From: Paraspadella gotoi
Lineage: Eukaryota; Animalia; Chaetognatha
Reading direction: 5' to 3'
DNA: 64,000 nucleotides
Assembly (NCBI GenBank): GCA_051294375.1
Contig: CM119263.1
Location: 9,664,432 to 9,728,431, forward strand
The notes beneath the pieces were generated by a model that was not told the DNA's origin, ran no database searches, and was given only the letters and a program-made list of their open reading frames with translations. A program made the translations under genes and the position numbers. Positions 62,527 to 64,000 of the stretch are shown one piece after another. Each line of letters starts with the position of its first letter. Position 1 is the first letter of the stretch.

Positions 62527-62981
62527 AAAAGAAAGAAAGAAAGAAAGAAAGAAAAGAAAGAAAGAAAAAGAAAGAAAGAAAAAAATAAAGAAACGAAAAG
62601 AAAGAAAGAAAGAAAGAAAGAAAACATTAAAGAATATGAAATACGATTTCATATTCCTCTTTTCAAGTTCAAGCCAGCATCTACCGGCATCATAAAATAA
62701 ACAACAACCAAGCAGGCACACAAGCAACCAGCATCGACGATCATCTCAGACCCAACATAATAAAAAAAAAATGTTGGCGCATAAACGCGAGCGCAAACAG
62801 AAGGCGACCGTAAAGAGACGCAGCGAACGGAAGCGTAAACAATCGACAAAAATAAACAATCTTGAACATAAACAATCAAAAGAGCAAACAATAACCGGCG
62901 ACTTGAGAGATCTGTCATTGGCGATACTCTTTCGTTCGCGAGAGAGAGAGAGAGAGAGAGAGAGAGACGAGAGAGAGAGAC

Positions 62982-63015
<34 letters not shown>

Positions 63016-63051
63016 AGAGGAGGAGAGAGAGAGAAGAGAAGAGAGAGAGAC

Positions 63052-63085
<34 letters not shown>

Positions 63086-63111
63086 TTGCATAGTGTTTAT
63101 TTTGAACTCAC

Positions 63112-64000
63112 CTCTTGTCCCTACTGACGAAACGGTCGTCGTCGACGTCGTCGTCATTATCGTCGTCTTTGCTCCAGTTTTTCTCAACAAAGATTTTAAG
63201 AAGAAATCGATTTCCTTTTGTTTCTCCTTCATTGCCGGTGACGAATCGTTTTCATTTTGGTCGGCAGAGTCGTTGTCATCGTTGTGACTTTCGTTGCAAA
63301 ATCCCGATTCCCTTCCACGCGATTTTGAAATTCGGGATTCGTTGTCATTCGTCGCAGTGTCTGTAAATGCCTTAGATGCAGTCAATGCCGTAGATTCAGT
63401 CAATTCCGATTGTGCCGTCAATGCCTCAGATGCAGTCGTCGGAGTTTCCCCAAACAAACCAAAGACCCTGAGAGAGTCGCTTCCGTCGGCGTAGTAGCGG
63501 TCGTCGTCACCCGTCGACTTTCGATTCGGCGTCGGGTGATGGCGCCCGCGCGACGCCGGGGGCGCCGGTCTCGAGAAGCGTCTCGACGCGGATATGACGC
63601 CGACGGAGACTTGAGCGCCGCAACCGGCTCCCTCGAAAATCTCGGCGGCGTCGGATTGTGCGAGGTTAGAGGTGTCAATAACGGCGCCGTTCGACAAAGA
63701 GTTTCCGGCTGAGTCGGCGTCGTCATCGTCATCGGAGTTGAATTGTTTACTTGTCGCTTCAGCTTCCACAGTCTTTTCCTTCAAAGGCGACCTTCGATGG
63801 AAGACTTCAACTATGTCGTCGTCTTCGTCTTCGTCGTCATCATTTTCGTCGTCATCTTCGTCGACGATTCCATACATTGAGAACTCCTTTGGATCTTTAG
63901 TATCATCGTCGTCCGCGCTGACTTTTGTTTGTTCCATAAATGTCAACACGTCCCGCCTTTCGTTTTCGTCGTTGTCGTCTTCATCGTCATCGTCATCGGC
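63112..64000 (-). CDS. Large acidic low-complexity exon open to the window edge, probably an upstream exon of the PDZ gene
   Basis: Open frame of ~296 codons rich in D/E/S/T, ending at a G|GTGAG donor in phase 1, compatible with the acceptor at 53364. Linkage to the PDZ gene is inferred only from strand and phase. Confidence 0.6.

Noticed and set aside
58677-62727. Hydrophobic F/L/S-rich ORFs resembling membrane proteins
   Set aside because: They are translations of poly-T, (CT)n and (CTTT)n tracts within an intron.

Overview
Animal (eukaryotic) genomic DNA from a draft assembly with five N-gaps. It has canonical GT-AG introns, abundant (AG)n and (GAC)n microsatellites and no obvious CpG depletion. 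Nothing here is prokaryotic, and most entries in the ORF track are antisense shadows or low-complexity artefacts. Genes reconstructed by hand, left to right: (1) a frameshifted unknown gene end (1-1003, +); (2) a class A peptide-type GPCR broken by many 1-bp indels (~1780-4142, -); (3) a small coiled-coil gene spanning a gap (10171-11400, -); (4) a 6-exon, 3-Ig-domain membrane protein (22391-28781, +); (5) a fukutin/LicD-family gene with altered catalytic residues (29969-31863, +); (6) a 4-exon calmodulin-like, CALML4-resembling gene (37534-39765, -); (7) whirlin with an intronless CDS (40360-44175, -); (8) DNAL1 with an RFX X-box (45255-46166, +); (9) a long gene ending in an IL-16/PDZD2-type PDZ domain (46848 to possibly beyond 64000, -). 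The most intriguing signal is the compact CALML4-like / whirlin / DNAL1 block, which looks like a microvillus-plus-cilium sensory module with X-boxes and an operon-like spacing. The probable pseudo-enzyme fukutin and the pro-IL-16-like architecture come next. All homology calls come from motif recognition and recalled sequences, not from database searches.
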